A DNA stretch of 64,000 nucleotides from Polyangiaceae bacterium (GCA_033763455.1 JANRKO010000070.1:14855-78854); one strand, 5' to 3'. Positions 47,939 to 58,760 are shown, numbered from the stretch's first letter. Translations and numbers: made by a program. The notes: a model not told the origin generated them from the letters alone.

Positions 47939-48003
47939 GGTCCATGCGGTTCGGGATAGCTGCCCGCTCCGAATTGTCACCGTGGCCACGTCCGCGCGGC
48001 TGG

Positions 48004-49551
48004 ATGCGGCGAGCTTTCGTCAATGGCTTGAGGAACTTCCTTCTTCTGCGGCGAGCCTTCGTCAATGGCTTGAGGAGCTTCATTCTTCTGCTGCTCGTGT
48101 GCGGCGTCGCGGTAGCCAAAGGTTCACCGCAACCCGCGCCGGACGTGGATCTGCCGCTGCCCGAGCTCCCCAAAGCACCGAATATCGGTGTCCGTGAAGC
48201 GACTCCTCTGCAGATAGAGCGATTGAATGAGCTTCTCTCACGGCTCACAGCTCCAGATGCCCTCATGCGGGAAAACGCTACAGCCGAAATTCTTGAGGTC
48301 ACCCCGGAATGGGTGCCCGCCATCGCACGCATGGTGAACAAGCTCGCGGACCGTGGCTCGCACGAAGACATGAAGAAGGTTCTAACCGAAGCCCGTTCGA
48401 AGGCGCGCTCGGCAGCCATTTCGGAAATGAAGGAACGCCGTGAACGGGGTACCCCAAAGGCACCTGATTACCTTCAGATGCTACAGCAATTTCCGCGCCT
48501 TGACTCCGCACCCTGGAAGGCAACGGTGACTGTTCTCGCGCTCAGCCGGATGCTCGCGCAGATCGGAACGGTGGAAGCAGCCCGCACGCTCGTGAATGTG
48601 TATGTAAGGTTTGGGGATTTTCTACGCGTTGATACCCAACTGCAACTCGACAAGCTGGGGGACGTAGCAGTGGCCGCTCTGATTGAAACGGAACGCCACC
48701 CGGCGCCCAAGATCAGCAACTGGGCGAAACGCCAACTCGATCTTCGACACCGAGCGATTCCAAGTGATGCCGTACGAGGAGCGGACGAGAATGCACTGCC
48801 AGAGATCTTGCGCGCCTACGGTCGAACGAAGAACCCCGATGCCGCTCGTATCGTAGTCTCCTTCACCAACAGCGAGCGCGGCCAACTCAGGCTAGCCGCT
48901 CGTCAGAGCCTCGCCTTGATGGGGCCAACTGCTCTGTGGCAACTTCGAGATACCTACGAAGACGTGGTGGGCCGCACTGCGCCGCGGGATTGGTCCTGGG
49001 AACGAATGGCTAGAGAACTCTTTCGCGAATTTGACCGGCTGCACCTTGCACGCGTCCATCAGCTCTTTCGCGATGGTCTCGGGCTCTTGGCTCGTGGGCA
49101 GCTCGCAGAGATGGCAAAGAAGTTCGATGAAGTGTTGACTCGAAGTCCCCAGTTTGAGGGCGCCGATCAGATCGCAGCAGGGTACCTGACCTTCGCCGAA
49201 GCCGCGAAACCGCAAGAAGTGAGTCAGGCACTATTGGCCGCCGAGCGAGCTGAACGTATTGCCACCCAACCAGAACTCAAGGCCAGGGCGAAAAGCGCGC
49301 GCCTTGCCTTAGAGGCCCGCCAACTGCTCGCTCGTGGCATCGCCGACGCGAGCCTGCTAGAGGGGTCTTTGGATGCTGACGCCAAGAGCCCAATAGCTCA
49401 AGCGCTCAAGCCCGAATTTGAAGCTGCCGTCGGCGCCACCGAAGATGCCCGAGCTCGCTACGCGGGCGCTCTAGCCATTGCATTCGCTGCTCTAGCAGCC
49501 CTCGGCACTATCCTATTCCGGCGCCCCAAAACCGCACCCCCTGGGCCCTGA
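48004..49551 (+). CDS. Exported HEAT/helical-repeat protein with C-terminal membrane anchor
   Basis: Signal-like N-terminus, helical repeats, TM + RRPK at end; start uncertain. Confidence 0.6.
   Translation: MRRAFVNGLRNFLLLRRAFVNGLRSFILLLLVCGVAVAKGSPQPAPDVDLPLPELPKAPNIGVREATPLQIERLNELLSRLTAPDALMRENATAEILEVTPEWVPAIARMVNKLADRGSHEDMKKVLTEARSKARSAAISEMKERRERGTPKAPDYLQMLQQFPRLDSAPWKATVTVLALSRMLAQIGTVEAARTLVNVYVRFGDFLRVDTQLQLDKLGDVAVAALIETERHPAPKISNWAKRQLDLRHRAIPSDAVRGADENALPEILRAYGRTKNPDAARIVVSFTNSERGQLRLAARQSLALMGPTALWQLRDTYEDVVGRTAPRDWSWERMARELFREFDRLHLARVHQLFRDGLGLLARGQLAEMAKKFDEVLTRSPQFEGADQIAAGYLTFAEAAKPQEVSQALLAAERAERIATQPELKARAKSARLALEARQLLARGIADASLLEGSLDADAKSPIAQALKPEFEAAVGATEDARARYAGALAIAFAALAALGTILFRRPKTAPPGP
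48005..48088. repeat. 42-bp tandem duplication
   Basis: TGCGGCGAGCYTTCGTCAATGGCTTGAGGARCTTCMTTCTTC x2, 3 mismatches. Confidence 0.9.
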
Positions 49552-49588
49552 AATGAAAACGTCCGGGCAAGAACTCCTGCCCGGACGT
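49552..49588 (-). terminator. Intrinsic terminator of alpha operon
   Basis: ACGTCCGGGCA/TGCCCGGACGT stem (49559-88) followed by TTTCATTT on minus strand. Confidence 0.75.
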
Positions 49589-49624
49589 GACGCCTCATCC
49601 CAGCGGGGATGATAACGGTATGAA

Positions 49625-50107
49625 TTAGGCGCTCGCTGCAGCCGTGGATGCTTCAGGCGCCGCCGCCGGAAGAAACTCAATCAGCGTCATCGGGGCATTA
49701 TCGCCCCGACGCGGCCCAACTTTGATGATTCGGGTGTAGCCACCCGCGCGATCTTTGTAGCGCTTTGCGAGATCGAGGAACACTTTCTCGATAAGATCGA
49801 TCTTCGTCTCTTCGCCATCCTTAATCACGGTGCCGAAGCGACGAAGGAACGTCTCAAGGTGGCGCTGCACGGCCAAGCGACGTGCTCGGTCGGTTGGCGA
49901 AAGATCCACGTGCGGCGTGTAAGCAACCTCGCCGAGGCGACGCGCGCTGGTGATCAGTCGCTCCGCCACTCGCCTGAGCTCCTTGGCTTTGGCTTCGGTG
50001 GTCTCAATGCGCTCGTGTGCGATGAGATTCGCAGCGAGTGCTCGAAACATCGCGCGGCGATGACTCGTGTTGCGGGAGAACTGTCTTCCAGATTTTGCGT
50101 GTCGCAT
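49625..50107 (-). CDS. rplQ: 50S ribosomal protein L17
   Basis: [33 protein letters not shown]. Confidence 0.96.
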   Translation of the reverse strand: MRHAKSGRQFSRNTSHRRAMFRALAANLIAHERIETTEAKAKELRRVAERLITSARRLGEVAYTPHVDLSPTDRARRLAVQRHLETFLRRFGTVIKDGEETKIDLIEKVFLDLAKRYKDRAGGYTRIIKVGPRRGDNAPMTLIEFLPAAAPEASTAAASA

Positions 50108-50144
50108 ATCTCAAACTCCTCGGTGCCCCAAGTTGGGGCCTCGC

Positions 50145-51170
50145 TTATCCAGCCGCCTGTTGCTGCTTCCAGCGATCGACCATTTGGGGCCAGCTGTCGA
50201 ACTTCATCCCGAGACCAAGACCCATCGTAGTGAGGATCTCCTTGATCTCCTTCAAAGACTTGCGACCAAAATTCTTGGTCTTGAGCATGTCTTGTTCACT
50301 CTTTTGCACAAGCTCGCCAATCAGCGTGATGTTGGCATTCTGCAAACAATTTGCCGAACGGACAGACAGCTCGAGCTCATCCACGGAGCGGAACAAGTTG
50401 TCATTCAACGGCTCTTCATCCGAGTGCGACGCCTGATACGAAGTATCCTCCGTCTCCTCGAAATTGATCCAGATCGACAGCTGCTCCTTAAGGATCTTAG
50501 CAGCGAATGCCACCGCATCGGTCGGCTTCACGGACCCATTGGTCCAAACTTCAAGAACCAACTTGTCGTAGTCAGTGACCTGGCCAACGCGCGCATTTTG
50601 TACGGTGTAATTCACCTTGCGAATCGGTGAGAACAAGGCGTCGATCGGAATCGTTCCGATGGGCATGGTGGGCGTCTTATTGCGCTCCGAAGAAACGTAA
50701 CCACGGCCGACACCAACCGTGAGCTCGATCGAAAGTGGACCCTTCTTATCGAGCGTCGCGATGAGCTGATCGGGATTCAACACACTCAACCCGTCCACCA
50801 ACTGGATATCGCGGGCGAGCACGGGACCAGGGCCGACCTTATCCAGCCGAACCGTGTACGTGCGGGGAGACTCCGCCTTGAAAACAACTTCCTTCAGGTT
50901 CAAGACGATATCCGTTACGTCTTCGACGACGTCAGGAATCGCAGTGAACTCATGCAGAGTGCCGTCAATGCGGACAGCCGTGATGGCTGCACCCTGAAGC
51001 GAAGCAAGCAAGACGCGCCGGAGGGAATTACCCACCGTAATGCCGAAACCACGCTCCAAAGGCTCGCACGTGAATCGACCAAAAAACTGTGAGCTCGACT
51101 CCGGATCCAGCGTAATCGCCTTGGGGCGAATCAGGTCACGCCAGTTACGGCTCATCATTTGTGTCACCAT
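50145..51170 (-). CDS. rpoA: RNA polymerase alpha subunit
   Basis: [38 protein letters not shown]; start 51170 or 51212. Confidence 0.98.
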   Translation of the reverse strand: MVTQMMSRNWRDLIRPKAITLDPESSSQFFGRFTCEPLERGFGITVGNSLRRVLLASLQGAAITAVRIDGTLHEFTAIPDVVEDVTDIVLNLKEVVFKAESPRTYTVRLDKVGPGPVLARDIQLVDGLSVLNPDQLIATLDKKGPLSIELTVGVGRGYVSSERNKTPTMPIGTIPIDALFSPIRKVNYTVQNARVGQVTDYDKLVLEVWTNGSVKPTDAVAFAAKILKEQLSIWINFEETEDTSYQASHSDEEPLNDNLFRSVDELELSVRSANCLQNANITLIGELVQKSEQDMLKTKNFGRKSLKEIKEILTTMGLGLGMKFDSWPQMVDRWKQQQAAG

Positions 51171-51273
51171 TATTTTCGTCTTCCTTTCTTCGTTGAGGGT
51201 TTGCGCGACCATCTCAAGTGGTGAGGGAACCCGCTCCGCTCAACCACTCCGCAGCCTGCCCGCATATAGAATT

Positions 51274-51903
51274 TTATCTGGAGTAGTACTCAACCACGTA
51301 CTGTTCGCGAATCATCGGCTCGTTCATCTCGTCGCGCACAGGCATCGAGCGGAACACGCCAGAGAAATTGTCCTTGTCAACGTCCATCCAAGTGGGCTTG
51401 GGGCGCGTTTCGGACTGTGCGAGAGCGGTCTGCAAATATGCGATCTTTCGGCTCTTCTCGCGGATCTCGATCTTATCGTTCGGGCTCACGCGATAGCTAG
51501 GAATGTTCACACGCTTACCGTTGATGAGAATGTGATTGTGGCGGGCTAACTGGCGCCCCTGGGCACGGCTAGAGGCAAAGCCCATGCGATAAAGCACGTT
51601 ATCGAGGCGACGCTCAATGAGGCCGATCATCTCCTCACCGGTTCGACCCTTAAGACCAGTAGCTTGCCCGTAGTACCCGGCGAACTGCTTTTCGAGCAGG
51701 CCGTACATGCGGCGCACCTTCTGCTTCTCACGAAGGCGAAGGCCGTACTCGCTCAACTTCAAGCGGCGCTGACCATGCTGGCCAGGCGGATACGGGCGAC
51801 GAACCACGGCACACTTCTCCGTGAAGCAGCGATCACCCTTGAGATAGAGCTTCTGCGCCTCGCGGCGACAGATTTTGCAAACCGGACCAATATAACGAGC
51901 CAT
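51274..51903 (-). CDS. rpsD: 30S ribosomal protein S4
   Basis: MARYIGP, PGQHG, LREKQK, ERRLDN, VEYYSR. Confidence 0.98.
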   Translation of the reverse strand: MARYIGPVCKICRREAQKLYLKGDRCFTEKCAVVRRPYPPGQHGQRRLKLSEYGLRLREKQKVRRMYGLLEKQFAGYYGQATGLKGRTGEEMIGLIERRLDNVLYRMGFASSRAQGRQLARHNHILINGKRVNIPSYRVSPNDKIEIREKSRKIAYLQTALAQSETRPKPTWMDVDKDNFSGVFRSMPVRDEMNEPMIREQYVVEYYSR

Positions 51904-51929
51904 CTTCTATATTTCTCGCTGAGATCTAA

Positions 51930-52325
51930 TTAAACGCGGCGACGCTTGGGCGGCCGGCAACCATTGTGGGGGATGGGCGTTACGTCACGGATGAGCGTGA
52001 CTCGAAACCCTACCTGTTGGAGCGCTCGAAGCGCACTTTCACGCCCAGAGCCTGGACCTTGGACGAACACCGCCACCGAGCGCATGCCATGCTCCATTGC
52101 GCGGCGCCCGGCGTCTTCAGCTGCGAGCTGAGCTGCGAAAGGAGTGCTCTTACGTGAACCCTTGAAGCCGCGCGAACCCGAGCTCGCCCAGGATATCGCC
52201 GCGCCGTTCACATCCGTAATGGTCACGATAGTGTTGTTGAACGTAGAGCGAATGTGCGCGATGCCGGTGTAGACGTTCTTTCGAACAACCTTTTTAGGGG
52301 CACGCTTTTTCTTCGTCGCAGCCAT
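51930..52325 (-). CDS. rpsK: 30S ribosomal protein S11
   Basis: [30 protein letters not shown]. Confidence 0.98.
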   Translation of the reverse strand: MAATKKKRAPKKVVRKNVYTGIAHIRSTFNNTIVTITDVNGAAISWASSGSRGFKGSRKSTPFAAQLAAEDAGRRAMEHGMRSVAVFVQGPGSGRESALRALQQVGFRVTLIRDVTPIPHNGCRPPKRRRV

Positions 52326-52327
52326 CT

Positions 52328-52696
52328 TTAGGCCTTCCTGCTCATCTGGCCCTTACGGGGCCCCTTGCGCGTGCGCGCGTTGGTGTGCGTTCGCTGCCCA
52401 TTCACGGGTAAGCCTTTACGATGGCGAAGCCCGCGGTAGCTTCCGAGGTCCATCAACCGCTTGATGTTCTGCTGAACTTCGCGGCGAAGATCACCCTCTA
52501 CCTTGAAGCCAGCTTCAATGGCATCGCGAATAGCTTTGACGTCTGATTCGGTCAGCTCGTCCACCTTGCGATCGCTCGGCACCCCAGCTTTGGCGCAAAT
52601 GGTTAGCGCAGCGGAAGGCCCGATGCCGTAAATATAGGGGAGCGCATAAGCAAGTGCTTTGCGCCGGGGAAGATCAACTCCAGAGATGCGTGCCAT
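52328..52696 (-). CDS. rpsM: 30S ribosomal protein S13
   Basis: [29 protein letters not shown]. Confidence 0.98.
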   Translation of the reverse strand: MARISGVDLPRRKALAYALPYIYGIGPSAALTICAKAGVPSDRKVDELTESDVKAIRDAIEAGFKVEGDLRREVQQNIKRLMDLGSYRGLRHRKGLPVNGQRTHTNARTRKGPRKGQMSRKA

Positions 52697-52715
52697 CGTG
52701 GTTCTCGACTCCTAA

Positions 52716-52829
52716 TTAACCTTGCCGCTGCTTGTGGCGAGGATTGACGCAGATCACACGCACGACGCCGCGTCGCTTGAGGACCTTACACTTGTCACAG
52801 ATTTTTTTGACGCTTGGGCGGACCTTCAT
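52716..52829 (-). CDS. rpmJ: 50S ribosomal protein L36 (Zn-ribbon form)
   Basis: Hand translation [37 protein letters not shown]; below ORF-track cutoff. Confidence 0.97.
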   Translation of the reverse strand: MKVRPSVKKICDKCKVLKRRGVVRVICVNPRHKQRQG

Positions 52830-52844
52830 CTTGACCTCAAAACC

Positions 52845-53054
52845 TTACTTCAGCTTGCCGTGAATCTGTCCCCTACTGGGATCATAACTAGAAATTTTTA
52901 CGAGAACTCGGCTACCACTTATCAACCGCACGATGGAGTGTTTGGCTTGGGGAGCCAGGCTGGCGTTGATGATGCGCCCGCTTTCGAGGCGGACCCGATA
53001 CATCGCGCTCGGCATGATCTCAAGTACACTTCCGATCTCAGTGGCTTCTGTCGT
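52845..53054 (-). CDS. infA: Divergent translation initiation factor IF-1-like protein, apparent ACG start
   Basis: (M)TEATEIGSVLEIMPSAMYRVRLESGRIINASLAPQAKHSIVRLISGSRVLVKISSYDPSRGQIHGKLK; syntenic adk-infA-rpmJ slot. Confidence 0.75.
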   Translation of the reverse strand, partial: TTEATEIGSVLEIMPSAMYRVRLESGRIINASLAPQAKHSIVRLISGSRVLVKISSYDPSRGQIHGKLK

Positions 53055-53076
53055 GGTTTCCTCCGTTAACCGTCGG

Positions 53077-53700
53077 CTAAATTCCTAGAGCTTGGTAAAT
53101 GCGTTCAGTGATTTCTTCTGGCTTGCCCACTCCGTCAACGCGACGGAGAAGCTTAAGATTCGAGTAGTGCGGTAGAAGCGCGGCGGTCATCGCGTCGTAT
53201 TCGTCCAAACGCTTTGCCACGGTTTCTTCCCGATCGTCGGCTCGGTGGTCGAGCTCGGCGTCCGGGGGGGGTGGACTATACTTAAGGTGGTAGATCTGTC
53301 CAGTCCGTTTATCGGTCCGCCGGAGCGTGGCCCGCTCCATGAGGAGCTCCCTCGCCACGTCGATTTGGAGCACCGCGTCCAGAGGTGTCTTGTTGGCTTC
53401 CAGGAGCTTCGCGAGTGCGTCCGCCTGGGGTACGGTTCTCGGAAATCCGTCAAGGATGAAGCCCCGTTGCGCATCGGGCTGCCTCAAGCGCTCCTCGACC
53501 AAGCCGATGACCACATCATCAGGGACCAGCTTGCCCGCGGACATGTATTTCTCGGCTTCGCGCCCAAGCGCCGTGCCCTGGGCTCGCGCCGCTCTCAAGC
53601 TATCGCCGGTGGAGATCTTCGGGACGGACAAGCGCTCACACAAGACTGCCGCCTGAGTTCCCTTACCGCTGGCTGGGGCCCCGAGAAGAATGATTCTCAT
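53077..53700 (-). CDS. adk: Adenylate kinase
   Basis: GAPASGKGTQ, ISTGD, LDGFPRT, RADD; LID lacks Zn cysteines. Confidence 0.96.
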   Translation of the reverse strand: MRIILLGAPASGKGTQAAVLCERLSVPKISTGDSLRAARAQGTALGREAEKYMSAGKLVPDDVVIGLVEERLRQPDAQRGFILDGFPRTVPQADALAKLLEANKTPLDAVLQIDVARELLMERATLRRTDKRTGQIYHLKYSPPPPDAELDHRADDREETVAKRLDEYDAMTAALLPHYSNLKLLRRVDGVGKPEEITERIYQALGI

Positions 53701-55016
53701 GCCGGACGCCTTCCGCTCAGGCGAGTAGTGCGTGGACCCGTGAGACCTTCGTAACTACGCGTAATGAGGTGTGCTTCGATCTGGCTGACGGTTTCAAGGG
53801 CAACACCCACCACGATCATGAGGCTCGTTCCGCCGAACTGGAAAGGAACATGAAACGCTTGGGCTACGATAGACGGCACAATGCAAATCGTGGCCACGTA
53901 GATGGACCCGCCAACGGTGATCCGCGTTAGTACGCGATCGATGTATTCGGCGGTTTGGCGGCCGGGCCTAACACCAGGGATGTTCGCCTGCTGCTTCTTG
54001 AGGTTGTCAGCCACATCCACCGGCTGGAATGTGACTGCCGTGTAGAAGAAGCAGAAGAATATGATCAGCATCGCAAACAGCGTGTTGAAGACCCAACCAC
54101 CGCTCTGCAACACAGCGCTAAAATCCTGCATGCCGGGGATATTGAAACCCGCCAGCGTGGCCGGGAACATCAGCAGGCTGGAAGCGAAGATCGCCGGGAT
54201 CATACTCGCCATGTTCACCTTGAGAGGCAGATGCGCCGTCTGGCCCCCGTACACTCGCCGACCCACCTGCCTCCGGGCGTACTGAATGGGGATCTGTCGT
54301 TGCGCACGCTCGAAAAAAACGATGATTGCGATACTCGCCAGGAAGACAAAAGCAATTACCGCGATGGTAATGGGCTGTACTTCTCCGGCCGTGCCAGCCC
54401 AGTAGCTGGCAATCCCACTCGGCACAGCGCTCACAATGCTCGCGAACATGAGCATCGAGATGCCATTGCCAATCCCACGCTCCGTCGCCTGCTCACCGAG
54501 CCACATGAGCAGCGCTGTGCCAGTAGTTAGTGTGATGATCGTGAGGAGCCGGAAGTTCCACCCCGGATCAATCACTACATCTCCCGTGCCGCTGGTCTGA
54601 TTCATGCCTTCCAGCATCATGGCAATGCCATAACCTTGGAACACGCTGAGCACGATCGTACCATATCGCGTATATTGCTCGAGGCGCCGACGCCCGGCTT
54701 CACCCTCTTTGCGCATCTCCTCGATCTGTTTGCTCACCATGCCGAGCAGCTGCATGATGATGCTCGTGGAGATGTACGGCATAATGCCGAGGGCCAAAAT
54801 CGAGAGATTCTCGAGCGCTCCGCCTGAAAACAGATTGAAAAGGCCGAGCAACCCGCCCTGACCTTTCACAATCTGCCGCATCACGTGCCGATCAACACCA
54901 GGGACGGTGATGAACACACCGACACGATAAATGGCCAACACGATCAACGTGAAGGCAATTCGGCGCCTCAGCTCGGGCACCTTACCGATGTTGGAGAATC
55001 CCTGAAAAACGGCCAT
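53697..55016 (-). CDS. secY: Preprotein translocase SecY
   Basis: ALGIMPYI, GIGNGIS, IPGVRPG, FGGTSL. Confidence 0.98.
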   Translation of the reverse strand: MAVFQGFSNIGKVPELRRRIAFTLIVLAIYRVGVFITVPGVDRHVMRQIVKGQGGLLGLFNLFSGGALENLSILALGIMPYISTSIIMQLLGMVSKQIEEMRKEGEAGRRRLEQYTRYGTIVLSVFQGYGIAMMLEGMNQTSGTGDVVIDPGWNFRLLTIITLTTGTALLMWLGEQATERGIGNGISMLMFASIVSAVPSGIASYWAGTAGEVQPITIAVIAFVFLASIAIIVFFERAQRQIPIQYARRQVGRRVYGGQTAHLPLKVNMASMIPAIFASSLLMFPATLAGFNIPGMQDFSAVLQSGGWVFNTLFAMLIIFFCFFYTAVTFQPVDVADNLKKQQANIPGVRPGRQTAEYIDRVLTRITVGGSIYVATICIVPSIVAQAFHVPFQFGGTSLMIVVGVALETVSQIEAHLITRSYEGLTGPRTTRLSGRRPA

Positions 55017-55026
55017 TTATTGGCCC

Positions 55027-55518
55027 TTAGCTGGCAGCTTCGGAGGCCGCAGCAGGCTCGCGCCCAAAGGGCAACTGAACGATCTTGCCGCCAGCCTGCT
55101 CGATCTTGACGATCGCGGACTTGCTGAACCCGTGTGCGCTCACGACGAGCTTCTTGCTGAGATCGCCTTCGCCCAAAATCTTGATTCGTACGCCACGGCC
55201 CTGCACCAAGCGAGCAGCGCGCAGCGCCTCTTCGGTGACTTCAGTGCCGGCGGACAACCGCTCCAGCTGCCCAACGTTGACGGTTACCGTCGTAACAGGG
55301 AATGGCACGCGGAAGCCGCGTTTCGGCAACCGACGCTGAATGGGCGTCTGGCCGCCTTGGAAATTCAGCTTGCCGAAGTTACCAGGATGCCGAGCCTTCT
55401 GGCCCTTCATACCCTTACCCGACGTCTTGCCTTTACCGCCGCCGGGACCGCGCCCTACACGCCGCTCATGGCTGCGCGCACCCTCGGGGGGTGCGAGCTG
55501 TGATAGAATTGCGCTCAT
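55027..55518 (-). CDS. rplO: 50S ribosomal protein L15
   Basis: RVGRG, GKTSG..KGQKAR, FQGGQTP..RRLPKRGF. Confidence 0.97.
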   Translation of the reverse strand: MSAILSQLAPPEGARSHERRVGRGPGGGKGKTSGKGMKGQKARHPGNFGKLNFQGGQTPIQRRLPKRGFRVPFPVTTVTVNVGQLERLSAGTEVTEEALRAARLVQGRGVRIKILGEGDLSKKLVVSAHGFSKSAIVKIEQAGGKIVQLPFGREPAAASEAAS

Positions 55519-55706
55519 CCTGCAACCTCTTTAACTTCGACCAAGTGGATGACCTTCTTGACCATACCGCGGAAAGAAGGCGTATTGGCGACAACTACTT
55601 GTGAACCGGGGCCACGTAGCCCAAGACCTTTAATCACTTTGCGCTGCGCCTCGGGCCTGCCGATAACACTCGCAACCTGCTTCACCTGGAGTTGCACCTG
55701 GGCCAT
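55515..55706 (-). CDS. rpmD: 50S ribosomal protein L30
   Basis: SVIGR..Q..GLGLR..NTP..GMV.KV.HLV. Confidence 0.95.
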   Translation of the reverse strand: MAQVQLQVKQVASVIGRPEAQRKVIKGLGLRGPGSQVVVANTPSFRGMVKKVIHLVEVKEVAG

Positions 55707-56296
55707 TAGCGCGCTCCCTGAGTCGAAGCCGAGCCCGTTGAGGCCACGATTGACTGCGCAACTGCAGCTTTGGCAGACGTAGCAGCAACCGTGTAGTTGC
55801 CCACAACCTGATCAACCTGCTTGCTGCGGGCATTCGCTACAGTATCCGGAGTGCGGAGCGTGCGCAGCGCCTCAATGGTGGCGTTCACCACGTTGTACTT
55901 GTTCGAGGAACCGAGGCACTTCGAGAGAATGTCCTGAATGCCAGCAGATTCCACCACCGCACGCACAGCGCCGCCAGCGATAACTCCGGTACCTGGTGCT
56001 GCGGGGCGCAGCATGACGCGGCCAGCCCCAAACACACCAACAATGTGGTGCGGAATCGTTGCGCCAATCATCGGCACCTTGAACATGTTCTTACGCGCCT
56101 GGTCGTTCCCCTTCCGGATTGCCTCAGGGACCTCATTGGCCTTGCCAAGACCGACGCCTACGTGGCCCGCTTCATCTCCAACGACAACGAGTGCCGCGAA
56201 GCTGAAGCGCCGACCGCCCTTGACCACTTTGGCCACGCGATTGATGTGTATGACGCGCTCTTTTAGGCGGTCTTCGTCAAAGGTTTCAAAAGCCAT
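55706..56296 (-). CDS. rpsE: 30S ribosomal protein S5
   Basis: [24 protein letters not shown]. Confidence 0.98.
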   Translation of the reverse strand: MAFETFDEDRLKERVIHINRVAKVVKGGRRFSFAALVVVGDEAGHVGVGLGKANEVPEAIRKGNDQARKNMFKVPMIGATIPHHIVGVFGAGRVMLRPAAPGTGVIAGGAVRAVVESAGIQDILSKCLGSSNKYNVVNATIEALRTLRTPDTVANARSKQVDQVVGNYTVAATSAKAAVAQSIVASTGSASTQGAR

Positions 56297-56317
56297 CTTT
56301 TCTAGTCCTCGCCGTCC

Positions 56318-56677
56318 TTAGAAGTTCAGGCCCGCTTCACGCGCAGCGTCGGCTAGTGCCTTCACGCGACCGTGATACAGGTAGCCGTTGCGGTCAAACA
56401 CGACCTTATCAATCTTGCGCTCGATGCAGATCTTCGCGATGAGGGCGCCGACCTTCTTGGCCGCATCCGTCTTATTGGCGGTCTTGACGGCGGTGAGCAA
56501 ATCCGGCGACAGCGTGGAGGCTGTTGCTAGTGTCTGCCCAAGCGCGTCATCGATAACCTGCGCGTAGATGTGCCCCAAGCTCCGGAACACCGTGAGCCGC
56601 GGACGCTCATTCGTGCCAGAGATCTTGTTCCGAATCCGGAATTTCCTGCGTTCCCGCGCTGAAAGTTCAATTCCCAT
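56318..56677 (-). CDS. rplR: 50S ribosomal protein L18
   Basis: [23 protein letters not shown]. Confidence 0.98.
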   Translation of the reverse strand: MGIELSARERRKFRIRNKISGTNERPRLTVFRSLGHIYAQVIDDALGQTLATASTLSPDLLTAVKTANKTDAAKKVGALIAKICIERKIDKVVFDRNGYLYHGRVKALADAAREAGLNF

Positions 56678-56704
56678 GACGTGACCTAAACCTTACGACT
56701 ACGC

Positions 56705-57286
56705 TCACTTGCGAGCCTTGCCAGCCTTGCCCGCCTTACGACGGATCGCTTCGTTTCGATATCGAATGCCTTTGCCGCCGTACGGTTCTGGCGGCCGAAG
56801 CCGACGCAGATCCGCAGCAACTTGCCCGATCAAGCACTTGTCCGCGCCCGTAAGCACAATCTGCGTGCCCTTGGAGTCCGGCGGAACAACCGCCGAAATG
56901 CCTGTGGGCAGCTCAACCACTCGCGGGCGAGCAAACCCCAGCTGAAGCGTGATGGTGTTACCCTTCACTTCAGCGCGATAACCGGTACCCACGAGCTCCA
57001 TCGTTCTTTCGAAACCCACGGAAGCACCGAGAACCATGTTCGCTAGGAGTGCACGCCCAAGCCCTTGAAGCCGAGCGCAATCCCTTGGATTACCGCCGGA
57101 CGTAACAGTGAGGCTTTCGCCCTCCTTCTTCACCGCTACCGTTTCAGGCAACGCTAAGGAAAGCTTACCCTTCGGGCCCTGAGCGTCCACGCGCTGACCC
57201 GTGATGTTAATCGTAACGCCCTTAGGGATTACGATGGGCCGCTTGCCCACGCGCGACGTGCGAATCGCTTGTTCGACTTGTGCCAT
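56705..57286 (-). CDS. rplF: 50S ribosomal protein L6
   Basis: SRVGKRPI, GPKG, VGTGYRA, RPPEPY.GKGIRY. Confidence 0.97.
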   Translation of the reverse strand: MAQVEQAIRTSRVGKRPIVIPKGVTINITGQRVDAQGPKGKLSLALPETVAVKKEGESLTVTSGGNPRDCARLQGLGRALLANMVLGASVGFERTMELVGTGYRAEVKGNTITLQLGFARPRVVELPTGISAVVPPDSKGTQIVLTGADKCLIGQVAADLRRLRPPEPYGGKGIRYRNEAIRRKAGKAGKARK

Positions 57287-57687
57287 CACCAAACCTCACA
57301 CAAGAGTTCGCCACCAACGCGCTTCTCTCGCGCCAAGCGATCAGTCATCACACCCTGGGAGGTGCTTAGAATTGACACGCCAAGGCCACTTACCACCTGT
57401 GGAATGTCTTTGTGGTTCACGTAAACTCGCCGGCCCGGCTTACTCACGCGGCGGATGCCCTTGAAGGCGCAGTCGAAGCCGTTGCCATACTTGAGCGTCA
57501 CGAAGATCGTGCGCCTTTTCTGGGGGCCCCACTCTTCCTCGCGAACGTCAGCGATGTAGCCTTCGTCTTTGAGCAGCTCCAGGATTGCCTTCTTAATGCT
57601 GCTCGCAGGCACTCGGGTGGACTCGTGGCGAGCCAACGCCGCGTTGCGTACGCGGGACAGCATATCGGAGATCGGATCGGTCATCAT
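57286..57687 (-). CDS. rpsH: 30S ribosomal protein S8
   Basis: MTDPISDML, SKPGRRVY, STSQGV, GGELLC. Confidence 0.97.
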   Translation of the reverse strand: MMTDPISDMLSRVRNAALARHESTRVPASSIKKAILELLKDEGYIADVREEEWGPQKRRTIFVTLKYGNGFDCAFKGIRRVSKPGRRVYVNHKDIPQVVSGLGVSILSTSQGVMTDRLAREKRVGGELLCEVW

Positions 57688-57691
57688 AGCT

Positions 57692-57877
57692 TCACCAACT
57701 CGCCTTCGTGATGCCCGGTAACTCGCCCTTAAGCGCGAGCCCGCGGAAACAAATACGGCAGAGCTTATACTCGCGATACACCGCGTGGGAACGGCCACAA
57801 ATGTAGCAGCGGCTCACAGCTCGTGTTGAAAACTTCGGGGGGCTATTCAGCTTCGCCCACTGACATGCACGTGCCAT
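57692..57877 (-). CDS. rpsN: 30S ribosomal protein S14 (Zn-binding short form)
   Basis: KFSTR..RCYICGR..LCRICFR..LPG..KASW. Confidence 0.96.
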   Translation of the reverse strand: MARACQWAKLNSPPKFSTRAVSRCYICGRSHAVYREYKLCRICFRGLALKGELPGITKASW

Positions 57878-57881
57878 CTGG

Positions 57882-58436
57882 TTAGCTCCTGAACGGCATG
57901 CCAAGTTGCTTTAACAGCTCCCTGGCCTCTTCGTTGGTGTTGGCGGTGGTCACGAAAGTGATATTCATGCCCCGCGGTTTGTCGACTTTGTCGAACTCAA
58001 TTTCCGGGAAAACGGTCTGCTCTTTCAGACCGAGCGTGTAGTTGCCCGCACCATCGAAGGCGCGGACACTCGTGCCGCGAAAATCGCGAACACGTGGAAG
58101 GGCAAGAGTAACGAGCCGGTCGAAGAACTCCCACATGCGCTCGCGGCGCAGGGTGCACTTTACGCCAATCGGCATGTCTTCACGCAGCTTGAAGTTAGCA
58201 ATCGACTTCTTCGCGCGCGTAACGATGGGCTTCTGGCCCGTAATCGCCGTAATTTGCGCTGCGCAGATGTCAACAACCTTGGAGTTGGCGACAGCCTCAC
58301 CGAGGCCGACGTTGATCACGATCTTCTGCAAGCGGGGCACTTGCATCGGATTCTTGTACCCGAACTTCTCCATGAGCTTCGGCGTAACCTCGCTCTTGTA
58401 CCGCACCCCAACGCGCGGCTCGACTTGTTCAGCCAT
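57882..58436 (-). CDS. rplE: 50S ribosomal protein L5
   Basis: [25 protein letters not shown]. Confidence 0.98.
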   Translation of the reverse strand: MAEQVEPRVGVRYKSEVTPKLMEKFGYKNPMQVPRLQKIVINVGLGEAVANSKVVDICAAQITAITGQKPIVTRAKKSIANFKLREDMPIGVKCTLRRERMWEFFDRLVTLALPRVRDFRGTSVRAFDGAGNYTLGLKEQTVFPEIEFDKVDKPRGMNITFVTTANTNEEARELLKQLGMPFRS

Positions 58437-58439
58437 GGC

Positions 58440-58760
58440 TTAACCCTGCTCCTGGTGCACTATCGGCGCACCGCTCTTGCCAACCCGCTGCTTCTTGCCA
58501 TCAGCGACCTTGTACTTCACCCGGGTGGGCTTCCCCGTTCCTGGATCCACCGGCATCACTTTGCTGATGTGAATAGGGGCCTCCACTTCGAGGATTCCAC
58601 CGGGCCGCTGCGGCGTTGCCCTGAGGTGGCGCTTGACCATGTTCAGGCCGCCCACCACTACGGCGTTCCGCTCAACCAGCACTTTGGTTACGCGGCCGCG
58701 GCGACCTTTATCGTCTCCGCTGATGACAACTACTTCGTCACCTGTACGTAGGCGTTGCAT
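58440..58760 (-). CDS. rplX: 50S ribosomal protein L24
   Basis: GDEVVVISGDDKG, EAPIHIS. Confidence 0.97.
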   Translation of the reverse strand: MQRLRTGDEVVVISGDDKGRRGRVTKVLVERNAVVVGGLNMVKRHLRATPQRPGGILEVEAPIHISKVMPVDPGTGKPTRVKYKVADGKKQRVGKSGAPIVHQEQG

